Below, piece by piece: positions 44,910 through 54,244 of a stretch of 54,579 nt of DNA; position 1 is the stretch's first letter, and each line of letters starts with the position of its first letter. The notes under the pieces are model-generated. The model saw only the letters and a list, made by a program, of their open reading frames with translations. It was not told where the DNA came from and did not search any database. This DNA comes from a virus (Duplodnaviria; Caudoviricetes), in IMG/VR virus record IMGVR_UViG_3300044801_000147, positions 1-54,579 of that record, one strand, 5' to 3'. Made by a program: the position numbers and the translations under genes.

Positions 44910-47408
44910 ATGGCAACCAACAACAATCCGGACCTTCTGTATCTTAAATCCCGAGAAGCTCTTTTGCAGTATGAAGACGCTAGATTGAACTCGCTACTGC
45001 AAGCGGTTGCAAATTTTTATACCACCAGCAACGATCAATCAATCTGGGGCAACTTCCTCCGCGCCCTGGCGATCGAGCTGTCCAAGCTCGACTACGACTA
45101 CTCCTACGACCTCGTCAACAAGGACCCGAACCTCCTGACCCCGGCCGACATCCGCCGCCGCTGGGCCGCGCCCCTTTACCTGACTGGCAACTGGCCGAGC
45201 CAGGGGCAGTTCGACCTCGCGTTCAAGGCCATGCTCGTCGAGCTCATCACGGCGTACGGCCAGGGCACGACCGTGGACGCGATCCAGGAGGTGATCTTCG
45301 CCTACACCGGGATCAACATCGTCGTGGAGCAGCTCTACCAGCAGATCGGCAACGGCGTCTACGACCAGTCGGACCGCAACTCCATCAAGGTGTCCGTGGC
45401 CGTCGGGGGCGCGGGGTCCAACCCGCTCACCACGATCACGACGCTCGCGCAGCTACAGGTGGTCGTCAACAGCCTCTACACCGCCATCGCGCTCGCCACC
45501 CCCGCGCACGTCGGCATCGAGTTCACCACCGTCTTCGGCGAGGCCGAGGACCTGGAGTGCATGATCAGCCCGTCCCTGCTGACCCAGCAGCAGTACGCCG
45601 TGGAGGACACGGTCACGCAGGGGTTCTACGGCCTGACCGGCTGGGTGCCGATCAACCCCGGCCTGACCGGCTGGGTGCCGATCAACCCCGCGCTGTTCTA
45701 CAGCCTGATCGGCTGGGTGCCGATCAACCCAGCGCTGTTCTGGATCAAGAACACGGTGTACGTCCCGGGCAGCCTGATCCTGGACTACAACAAGAACTTC
45801 CAGCTCGCCACCTCCGTGGTCGGCCTCGGCGAGTCCGGCCCCGGCCCGGCCGCCCCCGCGTGGAGCACGGTCTCCGAGCACGCGACGGCGGACAACCAGA
45901 TCACCTGGACCAACATCTCTCCAGCCGTGGCGAGCACGTCCCTGTCCGCCAACGTGGTGACCGTCAACCTCAGCTTCCCGGTGCCGCTGGTCATCGGCTC
46001 CGTCGTCACCCTGTACAACCTCGGGGCGTCCGCGTTCCTGAACGGCCAGGCGCTCGCGGTGGCCTCCATCAGCGGCTCCACGTTCACCGCGAACTTCGTC
46101 CACCCCATCTACCCGACCACGCCGGAGGCGACGGGCACGGCGACCTTCGCCCTCCCGACGCCGATCAACAACATCCAGTACCAGGCGCTCACGCCGCAGT
46201 GGCAGTCCCTCTACCAGCAGCAGTACAAGAACACCAACTGCACCTCGGCCGGGATCGGCGACACCCTCCGCATCTTCGTGCAGCAGGTGGAGCGGCCGCC
46301 GCTCAACGACATGCTGGTCGTCGCCCCCGTGCTCAGCCCGACCAACGCGAACACGTCCATAGCCGCGTGGGGCGACACGCTCAATCGGCAGGTCACCCCC
46401 GCCCAGTGGGCGACCATGCCGAGAATCTTCGTCAACATCGCGAGCGCCTACGCCGACGGCAAGAACGCCACCTACATGTACGTGCCGACCTCGGACCCCG
46501 TCACCGGGAACATCCAGTTCCTCCACGAGGGCGAGCTGGTCACCGTGAACGCTTTCAACTCCGGCCCCTCGCTCGGGTTCAACGTGACGGCCAAGATACG
46601 CAACGTCATCAACACCGTGGCGCAGATCACGGCGACGGCGGTCCAGACCAACGTCCTGACCGTGACGACCGTGTCCAACACCCTGGTCACGGGCTCGCTG
46701 GTCAACATCGCGGGGCTCTCCGCGAGCGCGTTCCTGAACGGCCTGTCGTTCGTGGTCGTGACTGCGGGGCCGACCTTCTTCACGGCGGCGTACACCCACG
46801 CGAACTACGCCTCGACCCCGGACAACGGGACCGCCGAGGTCACGTCCTTCCAGATTCCGGCGACGGGCACCACCGCGCTCACGAGCGCACCGCTCCCGCT
46901 CAGGGGCGGCCTGGTCACGCCCGTGCCGCAGGCGGGGTACTACCTCTCCGGCGGCGTCTACGTCCTCGGGCAGCCGCCTCTAGGGATCAGCATCACGCCT
47001 CCGGCTGGGCAGCCGTACTCAGGCGAGAGCTGGGTGCCAGGAGGCACGGTGTTCCAGGGGCAGATCGTCGTCGACTCGAACGGATACACGCAGCTGGCCC
47101 TACAGCCAGGAGTCTCGCAGGCGTCCCCGAACCCGTCGTGGAGCGAGGACAAGAACGCGTCGACCACGGACGGCAGCGTCATCTGGCGCAACGTCGGCAG
47201 GAACACGTTCACCGCGCCGCAGAACTGGATCGCCATCTGGAACATCAACGCCCCAGGGCCCCGGCAGAGCTCGTACGACTTCTCCGTGTGGACGGGCGAG
47301 ATCGGCAACTGGGACTCGACGCAGCCCTACGGCCTGCTCGCGCCGCGCCTCGACCGGGTGTGGGAGATTTCGGGCGGCGACCAATCATTCATCTTTGGGT
47401 TGTTTTAA
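44910..47408 (+). CDS. Baseplate wedge/tail protein I-like structural protein
   Basis: FLRALAIELSKL..., L..AY.QG.T..AI, PAHV motif. Follows baseplate J. Two FLNG repeats and W..D..V.W modules. Confidence 0.7.
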   Translation: MATNNNPDLLYLKSREALLQYEDARLNSLLQAVANFYTTSNDQSIWGNFLRALAIELSKLDYDYSYDLVNKDPNLLTPADIRRRWAAPLYLTGNWPSQGQFDLAFKAMLVELITAYGQGTTVDAIQEVIFAYTGINIVVEQLYQQIGNGVYDQSDRNSIKVSVAVGGAGSNPLTTITTLAQLQVVVNSLYTAIALATPAHVGIEFTTVFGEAEDLECMISPSLLTQQQYAVEDTVTQGFYGLTGWVPINPGLTGWVPINPALFYSLIGWVPINPALFWIKNTVYVPGSLILDYNKNFQLATSVVGLGESGPGPAAPAWSTVSEHATADNQITWTNISPAVASTSLSANVVTVNLSFPVPLVIGSVVTLYNLGASAFLNGQALAVASISGSTFTANFVHPIYPTTPEATGTATFALPTPINNIQYQALTPQWQSLYQQQYKNTNCTSAGIGDTLRIFVQQVERPPLNDMLVVAPVLSPTNANTSIAAWGDTLNRQVTPAQWATMPRIFVNIASAYADGKNATYMYVPTSDPVTGNIQFLHEGELVTVNAFNSGPSLGFNVTAKIRNVINTVAQITATAVQTNVLTVTTVSNTLVTGSLVNIAGLSASAFLNGLSFVVVTAGPTFFTAAYTHANYASTPDNGTAEVTSFQIPATGTTALTSAPLPLRGGLVTPVPQAGYYLSGGVYVLGQPPLGISITPPAGQPYSGESWVPGGTVFQGQIVVDSNGYTQLALQPGVSQASPNPSWSEDKNASTTDGSVIWRNVGRNTFTAPQNWIAIWNINAPGPRQSSYDFSVWTGEIGNWDSTQPYGLLAPRLDRVWEISGGDQSFIFGLF
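45624..45740 (+). repeat. In-frame tandem duplication (GLTGWVPINP x2 plus a diverged SLIGWVPINP copy)
   Basis: Perfect 30-bp repeat at 45631-45660/45661-45690, plus a diverged third copy. Confidence 0.9.
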
Positions 47409-47409
47409 T

Positions 47410-48030
47410 ATGATTGTTTATTTAATCACCAACGCAGCGAACGGAAAAATGTACGTAGGAATGACCGCGGCGACTCTTAAGGTGCGATGGAGAAGGCATC
47501 AAAAGGAAGCTAGAAACGGGAGGAATACTTATTTCTGTAACGCCATCCGTAAATACGGTGCCCTGTCTTTTAGACCTGAAGTCCTACTGACCTGTGAGAG
47601 CCGAAAAGACGCCGCTAATTCTGAAAAATTTTACATTAGGTTTTTTGATCTCCGCGATCCCAACAAGGGATACAACTTAACTGAAGGCGGTGAAGGAACT
47701 TGGGGCTGGAAACACTCCGAAGAAGCTAAGCGAAAAATGAGGCAGGCGAAAAAGGGTAAGTCATCCCATTGGAAAGGAAAAACTAGGTCTGAAGAATCAC
47801 GTCGAAAAATGAGTCGAGCGAAAAAGGGGATAGCGTCCTCGGGCGAAAAAAATAATTTCTACGGTAAAACCCATACAGAAGAAACTCGTCGGGCAATAGG
47901 TGATTGGCACCACATCAACGGTCCTAAGCTTTGGACTTCAGAGCGTCGCGCTGCTCAATCTAAGCGATTGAAAAAACTTCGTGCTGAACGATTTTGGTCC
48001 ACTCGTAAAAAGACATTAGGGGTTTCATAA
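47410..48030 (+). CDS. GIY-YIG homing endonuclease with NUMOD3 repeats
   Basis: IVYLITNAANGKMYVG, GYNLTEGGEG, HSEEAKRKM, NNFYGKTHTEET. Confidence 0.92.
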   Translation: MIVYLITNAANGKMYVGMTAATLKVRWRRHQKEARNGRNTYFCNAIRKYGALSFRPEVLLTCESRKDAANSEKFYIRFFDLRDPNKGYNLTEGGEGTWGWKHSEEAKRKMRQAKKGKSSHWKGKTRSEESRRKMSRAKKGIASSGEKNNFYGKTHTEETRRAIGDWHHINGPKLWTSERRAAQSKRLKKLRAERFWSTRKKTLGVS

Positions 48031-48034
48031 GCAG

Positions 48035-49480
48035 ATGGCAGAAGAAACCAAAACCGCGTATGTGTCTCCCCCGCACGGCGAACTTGTGATTACTATAATC
48101 CGCGATGCGAACCCCCGTGTCCTTCTCACCCTCGACCTCGGCATCCCGAACTTCACCGTGTTCTCCATGACGCTGCCGCTGGCCGAGGGGCAGCCCGGCG
48201 CTATGTCTCAGCTTCTCGCAGAAGCGGTGCACGTTCTCTGCGACGAACTTGCGGTGTTCATGACCAGCCTGGAATACGACGAACAAGTTTCCACGCTTGC
48301 CTACGCCACGGTGCTCGCCGCGTTCAAGGGGATGAGCACGGAGGCTGACCCCGCGAAGGAGCAGTCCGTCACCGGGCAGGACCCGACCGTCAGCACCTAC
48401 GAGGGCACGTTCGAGATTCCGATGACGTTCATCAACGAGACGCAGGCGAGGGTCGTGACCGGGTCCGCCAAGAAGATCAGGCGGCAGCCGCCCGTGCGCC
48501 ACATCGAGCTCACGTACTCGCCGAAGGAGAGGACCAAGCCGAGCGACACGGCGAGGGTCATCCGCATGTACCGCGACCGCAGCATCAAGCAGATGCCGAA
48601 GAAGCCGATGTACGTGGTCGTGTACGACAACATGGGCCGCCCAGCGGGCACGATCCCGATCGGCCCCGGCAAGAACTTCAAGAACGAGCTGCTCCGCATG
48701 ACCCACGGCAAGAGGGCGAGCGTGGACTTCTCCGAGCCCGTCAGCTTCCCGAACGAGCAGGAGATGAAGGCGTCCCCGCTCAGCGGCATCCCGCGAGCGA
48801 TCTCCGTCGGCGGCATGACCTACCAGCCCGAGGCGATGTCGGGCGGCGACATGGCCCTGTACCACGGGCCGCAGGACTACATCGTGAAGTTCCCCGACGG
48901 CCGCTCCCAGGTGTTCCCCGGCAGGCCGACGTTCCGCAAGATGCGCACGCTCAACTTTCCCGTGCCGCGCAACCGCTTCCGCTGGACGCTCATCCCGCAG
49001 GACACGCTGGAGCAGCCCGAGGACATGAAGGCACCGGAGGAGGAAGTGAAGGAGGCGGCGGCCCCCGAGCAGCCGACGGAGTGGCGCGACCAGCCTGGGA
49101 AGCCGAAGGACACGGTCGACCCGGCCAACGTGATGCGCAAGGGCGAGGGCATCGTCTACCTGAAGCCGACGAAGACCTACGACGACCTGGTGCCGCTGGA
49201 CACGCTCCAGAAGCGCCTGACGCGCGACGGCCTCGCGGGGAAGCCAGTCTACGCCGGGAGGATGATCATCGACCGCGTCGGGCACTACGGCACCTTCGAG
49301 GGCAAGAACGTCGTCGTCGTGCCCCAGTACTTCATCCGCCGCTACGGGGTGAAGCGGGACGACGGCACCTGGTCCGTGTACCACCTGCGGGGCGACGGCA
49401 AGGCCCAGCGCGTCGGGTTCCACCCGATCAAGGACGGCGAATTCATCGAGCCCCAGCCCGTGCAGAGTATTAGTGAATAG
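48035..49480 (+). CDS. Hypothetical protein
   Basis: 481-aa ORF with high GC3; no recognised motif. Confidence 0.8.
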   Translation: MAEETKTAYVSPPHGELVITIIRDANPRVLLTLDLGIPNFTVFSMTLPLAEGQPGAMSQLLAEAVHVLCDELAVFMTSLEYDEQVSTLAYATVLAAFKGMSTEADPAKEQSVTGQDPTVSTYEGTFEIPMTFINETQARVVTGSAKKIRRQPPVRHIELTYSPKERTKPSDTARVIRMYRDRSIKQMPKKPMYVVVYDNMGRPAGTIPIGPGKNFKNELLRMTHGKRASVDFSEPVSFPNEQEMKASPLSGIPRAISVGGMTYQPEAMSGGDMALYHGPQDYIVKFPDGRSQVFPGRPTFRKMRTLNFPVPRNRFRWTLIPQDTLEQPEDMKAPEEEVKEAAAPEQPTEWRDQPGKPKDTVDPANVMRKGEGIVYLKPTKTYDDLVPLDTLQKRLTRDGLAGKPVYAGRMIIDRVGHYGTFEGKNVVVVPQYFIRRYGVKRDDGTWSVYHLRGDGKAQRVGFHPIKDGEFIEPQPVQSISE

Positions 49481-49485
49481 ATAGT

Positions 49486-50175
49486 ATGCAAATCTACAGG
49501 GTCACAAACCAGGTCAACGGCAAGGTTTACATCGGTAAGACCGTGCAGCCGATGAGGAAGTACTGGCGCGACCAACTAAGCGCTGCGATCCGTGGTTTGG
49601 TGGGAAAACGATACCTGTACAACGCCATCCGCAAACACGGGCCAGACGCCTTCGCAGTCGAGGTGATCCATCGCGCTAGGACCCCTGAGGAGCTCTCGGC
49701 CATGGAGACGTTCTTCATCGTCCTGCACCAGTCCCACAGGCCGGAGAACGGGTACAACCTGGCGATGGGCGGTGAAGGATTCAGCCCCGGCGGTTTGAAT
49801 CCAAGGGCGGGAAACAGGGCGCTAAAAGGCACTGCCCACCCGATGTTCGGCAGGCACCATTCAGAGAATTCAAATCGAAGAAACCGTGATGCCCATCTTG
49901 GCATAAAGGCGTCGTTAGAAACTAGAGCACTGCTATCCCTAAAGCGCAAAGGCGGGAAATCGTCGCTGGAGACGCGTAAGCGTGTTGCCGCTAGTAAGCT
50001 AGTAAAAAGGTTCCCAAAACTTTCTGAAGCCCTTCGGGGCAAACCAAAATCAGAACAGGCTAGGCGAAGCATGTCCGCCGCCGCGAAACTCAGGGCCCAA
50101 AGGCCAGAATGTCTTGAAATCCTAAGGGCCAACGGCAGGAAAACGGCTTCGCGACATCAGGTTAGGGGGGCATAA
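49486..50175 (+). CDS. GIY-YIG homing endonuclease
   Basis: QIYRVTNQVNGKVYIG, GYNLAMGGEG, HPMFGRHHSE. Confidence 0.92.
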   Translation: MQIYRVTNQVNGKVYIGKTVQPMRKYWRDQLSAAIRGLVGKRYLYNAIRKHGPDAFAVEVIHRARTPEELSAMETFFIVLHQSHRPENGYNLAMGGEGFSPGGLNPRAGNRALKGTAHPMFGRHHSENSNRRNRDAHLGIKASLETRALLSLKRKGGKSSLETRKRVAASKLVKRFPKLSEALRGKPKSEQARRSMSAAAKLRAQRPECLEILRANGRKTASRHQVRGA

Positions 50176-50829
50176 ATGCAGCTCAACTACAGGGACCAGC
50201 TCAGCCGGGATAAATACCCAGGAAAAATCAACATCCGTGTCATGAGGGCGGACAACGGAGAAATTTTGTACAACGGCCACAATATAATTGTAAATGTAGT
50301 CCGATTTTTGTTCGCCCGCCTCATGGCGAACGCCCTGCCGAACGCCCCGCAGCCGCCCTACACCCTGGGCCAGGCGGGCGTCTCCGCCGACCCGCTCTAC
50401 GGCATCTGGGGACTTGCCCTGGGCGCTGGCTCCCCGAGCTGGGCACCCGAGACGCAGCCCGACCCGTCCCCGATCCAGACGGCCCTGATCTCCCAGTTCC
50501 TCCGCAAGCCCGTGTCCAGGATCAGCTACGTCGACCAGAACTTCAACCCGGTGTCCACGTTCAGCACGCTGGTGGACTTCCAGACCACCGTCAACGCCGC
50601 GACCGACAACATCACGCAGAGCATCCGCGAGATGGGGCTGATCGGCGGCGGCACTCTCGTCGGCGCGGGGAACCTGCCGACGAACATGCTCACCGCGCCG
50701 TACTTCAACCCGAACGCCGTGCCCCCGGGCCCGGCCGACAGCGTGGTGCTGGTGAACTACAAGACCCTCCCCCCACTTATACTTCCTGCCGGGGTTGACA
50801 TAATTTTCAGCTGGATTTTATCATACTGA
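50176..50829 (+). CDS. Baseplate/tail structural protein
   Basis: HNIIVN, LALGAG, QTAL..RK, IREMGL, VNYKT..I..W pattern seen in myovirus baseplate/tail-fibre attachment proteins. Confidence 0.65.
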   Translation: MQLNYRDQLSRDKYPGKINIRVMRADNGEILYNGHNIIVNVVRFLFARLMANALPNAPQPPYTLGQAGVSADPLYGIWGLALGAGSPSWAPETQPDPSPIQTALISQFLRKPVSRISYVDQNFNPVSTFSTLVDFQTTVNAATDNITQSIREMGLIGGGTLVGAGNLPTNMLTAPYFNPNAVPPGPADSVVLVNYKTLPPLILPAGVDIIFSWILSY

Positions 50830-50913
50830 CCCTTTGTTTTCAACAACTTACAAAAAACACCAATGAATTACAAGTTTCTTGACTTTGGGATAATCTTAGT
50901 GTAGGGTTTAGAA

Positions 50914-51798
50914 ATGATAGAGTTTCCCGTTCCGTCTAGCACCGAGTTTTGCGCATGGGGCTGCGGTCGCCCCGCGAAGTTCTTCTCCGACAAGTCCTAC
51001 AAGCCGCAGTACACCTGTTCCCGCCTGTGGCAGGAATGCCCCGCCAAGCTCAAGCGCGGTCGAGAAAAATACACAGCCACGATGATCGCCCGCCATGGTG
51101 TCACCGTGCCCATGAAGGACCCGGCGTTGGACAAGAGGCGGCGGAAGACCAACCTTGAGCGTTACGGCGCGGAGCAGGTCATGCAGTCCGAGAAGGTGCG
51201 GAGGAAGTACAGGAGAACCCTGAAGGTCCGCTACGGCGCGACACATATCAGCCAAGTCCCCGGCGTACTTGATAGGGCAAATGCTACTCGTACTGAACCT
51301 TATAAGTCCTTGGAAAACAGAGAGGTAATAAATAAGAAAAAAATTTTCACATCTCGTAAAAATTATGGCACCGACTGGCCGATTCAAAACCCCGAGGTGT
51401 TCCAACGGAACCTCGACTCCTGCTTCAAGAGCAAGCCCACGGCGCTTCCTTCCGGCGCTATAGTGTTTCTGCAAGGCTACGAGCCTCTGGCGCTGGCACA
51501 CCTGCTGGAGAACGGGTACGAGGAGCAGGATTTTCTGTGGGCGGGCAAGCCCTCGTTCAAGTACTTGGACGCCAGCGGCAAGACGCGGCGGTACCATCCC
51601 GACTTCGTGCTGCCAAAGCGGAGGATGATAATCGAGGTCAAAGCGCAGAAGTGGTTCGAGCGGGACAAGGACAATATCATCCGCAAAGGCAGAGCGTGCG
51701 CCGGTGCCGGGTGGGAGTTCACGGTCGCCGTTATGGGCAATAACATACGGAAGCGCAAGTACAACGAGGTCAAACTCCTGCCTTTGCGGGTACTATAG
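50914..51798 (+). CDS. PD-(D/E)xK (TnsA-like) endonuclease with KT..RYG repeats, putative homing endonuclease
   Basis: TNLERYG, TLKVRYG, SRKNYG repeats. QGYE..., RRYHPDF..MIIEVK. Confidence 0.8.
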   Translation: MIEFPVPSSTEFCAWGCGRPAKFFSDKSYKPQYTCSRLWQECPAKLKRGREKYTATMIARHGVTVPMKDPALDKRRRKTNLERYGAEQVMQSEKVRRKYRRTLKVRYGATHISQVPGVLDRANATRTEPYKSLENREVINKKKIFTSRKNYGTDWPIQNPEVFQRNLDSCFKSKPTALPSGAIVFLQGYEPLALAHLLENGYEEQDFLWAGKPSFKYLDASGKTRRYHPDFVLPKRRMIIEVKAQKWFERDKDNIIRKGRACAGAGWEFTVAVMGNNIRKRKYNEVKLLPLRVL

Positions 51799-51809
51799 TA
51801 GGAACACTT

Positions 51810-52070
51810 ATGTGCGACTTTGATAACCCGCCGTCCTGCGACGGATACGACTGCGACTTCGAGCTGACGCCCGAGGAGGTCAAGAGGATCAAGCGTGCGA
51901 TGCAGGAGGCCAACGACGGCCTGACCTACGAGATGCTCTTCGACAAGCGCGAGGGGCACCAGTGGGACGTCAAGTGCAACCCGTGCGGCAGGGTCGGCAA
52001 CATGATGGAGAAGCCGTTCCCGCACAAGCTGGACTGCCCGATGCGGCGGCTCAGCGAGGAGAAGGACTGA
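51810..52070 (+). CDS. Small Cys-containing hypothetical protein
   Basis: AGGA RBS, high GC3, CNPCG..HKLDCP. Confidence 0.7.
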   Translation: MCDFDNPPSCDGYDCDFELTPEEVKRIKRAMQEANDGLTYEMLFDKREGHQWDVKCNPCGRVGNMMEKPFPHKLDCPMRRLSEEKD

Positions 52071-52600
52071 TGGGAGAGAACATATTCGCGCTGCAACTCA
52101 GCCAGCCCCAGCCGCAGCAGGTCATGCCCGTCTCGGGGATCGCGTGGGACCAGGGCCTCCGCGCCATCCTATCCGTTCGCACGGTCTGGGCGAAGCTCCA
52201 GACGACCGTGCTGTTCGGGGACTCGCTGTACATGATCTGGTACGACATCGGGTCGCTCTCCCGCCAGGACGGGTTCAGGGCCTTCATCAAGCCGTACTTC
52301 GGCACGTCCGTGCCCGCCGCGCAGCTTGACCGCCCGCCGTACGCCGCGACCCCGAACCTCTACTACATGTACCCCGGCCTCCCGATCCCGGCCCCAGCCC
52401 CGCCCGTGGCCACCGGGCGCGTGACCATGCTCGACGCGGGCTTCGACCCGTTCCGGGGGTATTGGATCGAGTTCGCTGGCAACTACTTCCTCACGTTCCC
52501 GCTGTTCAAGAACTGGCCCAACGTGATAAAGGATTCCCCCAAATTTAAGGGATTTCAGCCATCCGCAAACAATCCCGGTCCCGGCACCCCCAAGACCTAA
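52070..52600 (+). CDS. Hypothetical protein
   Basis: TGATG coupling with the upstream gene, high GC3. Confidence 0.75.
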   Translation: MGENIFALQLSQPQPQQVMPVSGIAWDQGLRAILSVRTVWAKLQTTVLFGDSLYMIWYDIGSLSRQDGFRAFIKPYFGTSVPAAQLDRPPYAATPNLYYMYPGLPIPAPAPPVATGRVTMLDAGFDPFRGYWIEFAGNYFLTFPLFKNWPNVIKDSPKFKGFQPSANNPGPGTPKT

Positions 52601-52711
52601 CATAGCCTAATCGCATTTGCATAACAAAAATATAATTGGACTACGCACCTCTTTCATAGAGAAGGTGTATATGGCGCGATTTGAGAACATTGCAGGATTT
52701 TAGGAGGCATC

Positions 52712-53032
52712 ATGGGTACAGCGCAAATAATCGTACTGGTTCCTAATTCAGGCCCAGCAGCCGGGGGCACGCTGGTAAAAATCTTCGGCGTCAACTTTGT
52801 TCCCGATCCAAACCTTGTAGTCGTGTTTGGGGGAACCGCGCAAGCCACGGACGTTACATACATCAGTCCGACCGAAATCACCTGTGTTACCCCAGCGGGA
52901 GCGGTAGGCGCAGCGAACGTCACTGTGTCCGACCAAACTGGGGCCACCTTAGCCAACGCGTTTACGTATGTGGCTCCAGCGCCCCCACCGCACAAACAGC
53001 CAATGGCGGGGGTACCGCAGTCGGAGGATTAA
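52712..53032 (+). CDS. Small IPT/TIG (Ig-like) domain protein
   Basis: PNSGPAAGGTLVKIFGVNF..VVFGG..SPTEITCVTP..AFTY. AGGAGG RBS. Confidence 0.88.
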   Translation: MGTAQIIVLVPNSGPAAGGTLVKIFGVNFVPDPNLVVVFGGTAQATDVTYISPTEITCVTPAGAVGAANVTVSDQTGATLANAFTYVAPAPPPHKQPMAGVPQSED

Positions 53033-53041
53033 AAAATTCGT

Positions 53042-53115
53042 GGGCGTGTAGTCGAGCGGGAAGACGTTCGGTTTGCATCCGAGAGGCGGGGGTTCAATTC
53101 CCTCCATGTCCACCA
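53042..53115 (+). tRNA. tRNA-Ala(TGC)
   Basis: GGGCGTG/CATGTCC-A-CCA with the G3:U70 alanine determinant. Loop TTTGCAT. T-loop TTCAATT. Confidence 0.92.
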
Positions 53116-53229
53116 AAGGCTCTGCTTCGGCAGAGGCATCAGTCTCGTTGCCGGAATACGTAGACCCGCGTCGGGAGCGGCCGTGAGGGACTTAGCCGAA
53201 ATAATCATTATCGCCCAAAGATTCTCCAT

Positions 53230-53266
53230 AGGCTCGCCTGTAAAAAACAGGCGGGCCTTTTCTTTT
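53230..53266 (+). terminator. Rho-independent terminator
   Basis: AGGCTCGCCTGT-AAAAA-ACAGGCGGGCCT followed by TTTCTTTT. Confidence 0.75.
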
Positions 53267-53317
53267 GCCTTCAACAACCACGCCCTTTGCGGTTCGTAGG
53301 CGCGGGTCGGAACTTGT

Positions 53318-53533
53318 TCAGCGGTTCGGCCGCCGAAGTTCCCTAAGCGGAGTTTTCGGCATGACGCACTCACCCGGTGGCGCGTCAGGAGGCGCCTCGT
53401 GAGGCTCGGCGATCCGATCAATGGCCACGGGCTTGCCAGTCCAGCCGCATTTGTCGCAGGTTGGCCGCTCCCACTCCACGTCAGTGAGGTCTTCGTGATA
53501 ACCGCTCTGAGGCGACAATCTTATTTCGCACAT
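53318..53533 (-). CDS. Possible small Zn-ribbon protein
   Basis: CDKCGW motif; converges on the terminator. Start uncertain. Confidence 0.25.
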   Translation of the reverse strand: MCEIRLSPQSGYHEDLTDVEWERPTCDKCGWTGKPVAIDRIAEPHEAPPDAPPGECVMPKTPLRELRRPNR

Positions 53534-53699
53534 CCGCGGAGCACCCGAAGAATGCCGCTCTTGCGGTTCGCACAGCCGATGTAGATAGGTCGTTCGGGGT
53601 TTTCGAGAGACTCAACACCCTGTGGCAGAAACAGCTAGGCCTTGCGTGTCAAGTTTTATTGCCATAAAACTTGACATTCGCACCCTGACAAATCTACAT

Positions 53700-53986
53700 T
53701 CAAAGCATGCGAGCCGCGGTCAAAACCCCGACCCGATCCAAAAATGTCATACTGTGGTTGTCCTCCAGCGAATACTCTGTGTCATTCCAAATTGCTTGGG
53801 TCGTTCGCATACAACGGCATTGACCGTGTGGACAATTCCAAGGACTACATCCTTGGCAATGTCGTTCCTTGCTGTTCTGTTTGTAACAAAATGAAGAACA
53901 ACATGCCAGCGTTGGAGTTTTACTGCCGCATTCGCTCCGTTGCGGACAACATGAAAAGGTACTTTATCAATCCCCCGCAAACCTGA
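53700..53986 (+). pseudogene. Frameshifted, 5'-truncated HNH endonuclease (paralog of the C-terminal domain of 22595)
   Basis: tgt-cat-ac-tgt-ggt (CHYCG lacking one base). AYNGIDRVDNSKDYILGNVVPCCSVCNKMK. Confidence 0.7.
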
Positions 53987-53998
53987 TAGGATAGCTGA

Positions 53999-54244
53999 AT
54001 GGACATCCCGATGCCCGACGACCTGCTGTTGGCGTACCAGACTTTCACCCTTCTTTGTTCTCGGCACAATTTCAGCTACGCGGGCATGATGGCCGGGGTG
54101 GACCCGCCGTCCCTGTTCGTCATCGGGAACGTGACCGAGCGCGGCCACGACCTCGCCGTCCTCCTCCGCACGTACGCCCAGATCATCGACGAGAAGACGG
54201 ACGCGGGCCAGATCGAGAAGGAAATCCCCAGGAACGTCAACTGA
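53999..54244 (+). CDS. Hypothetical protein
   Basis: AGGA RBS, GC3 bias. Confidence 0.7.
   Translation: MDIPMPDDLLLAYQTFTLLCSRHNFSYAGMMAGVDPPSLFVIGNVTERGHDLAVLLRTYAQIIDEKTDAGQIEKEIPRNVN

Noticed and set aside
2981-49423. Many long antisense or alternate-frame ORFs (e.g. 2981-4621, 14768-18388, 23992-26949, 40250-43210, 47960-49423)
   Set aside because: These are shadow ORFs caused by high GC3 in the real plus-strand genes. They are Arg/Gly/Ala/Val-rich with no motifs and fully overlap well-supported genes.
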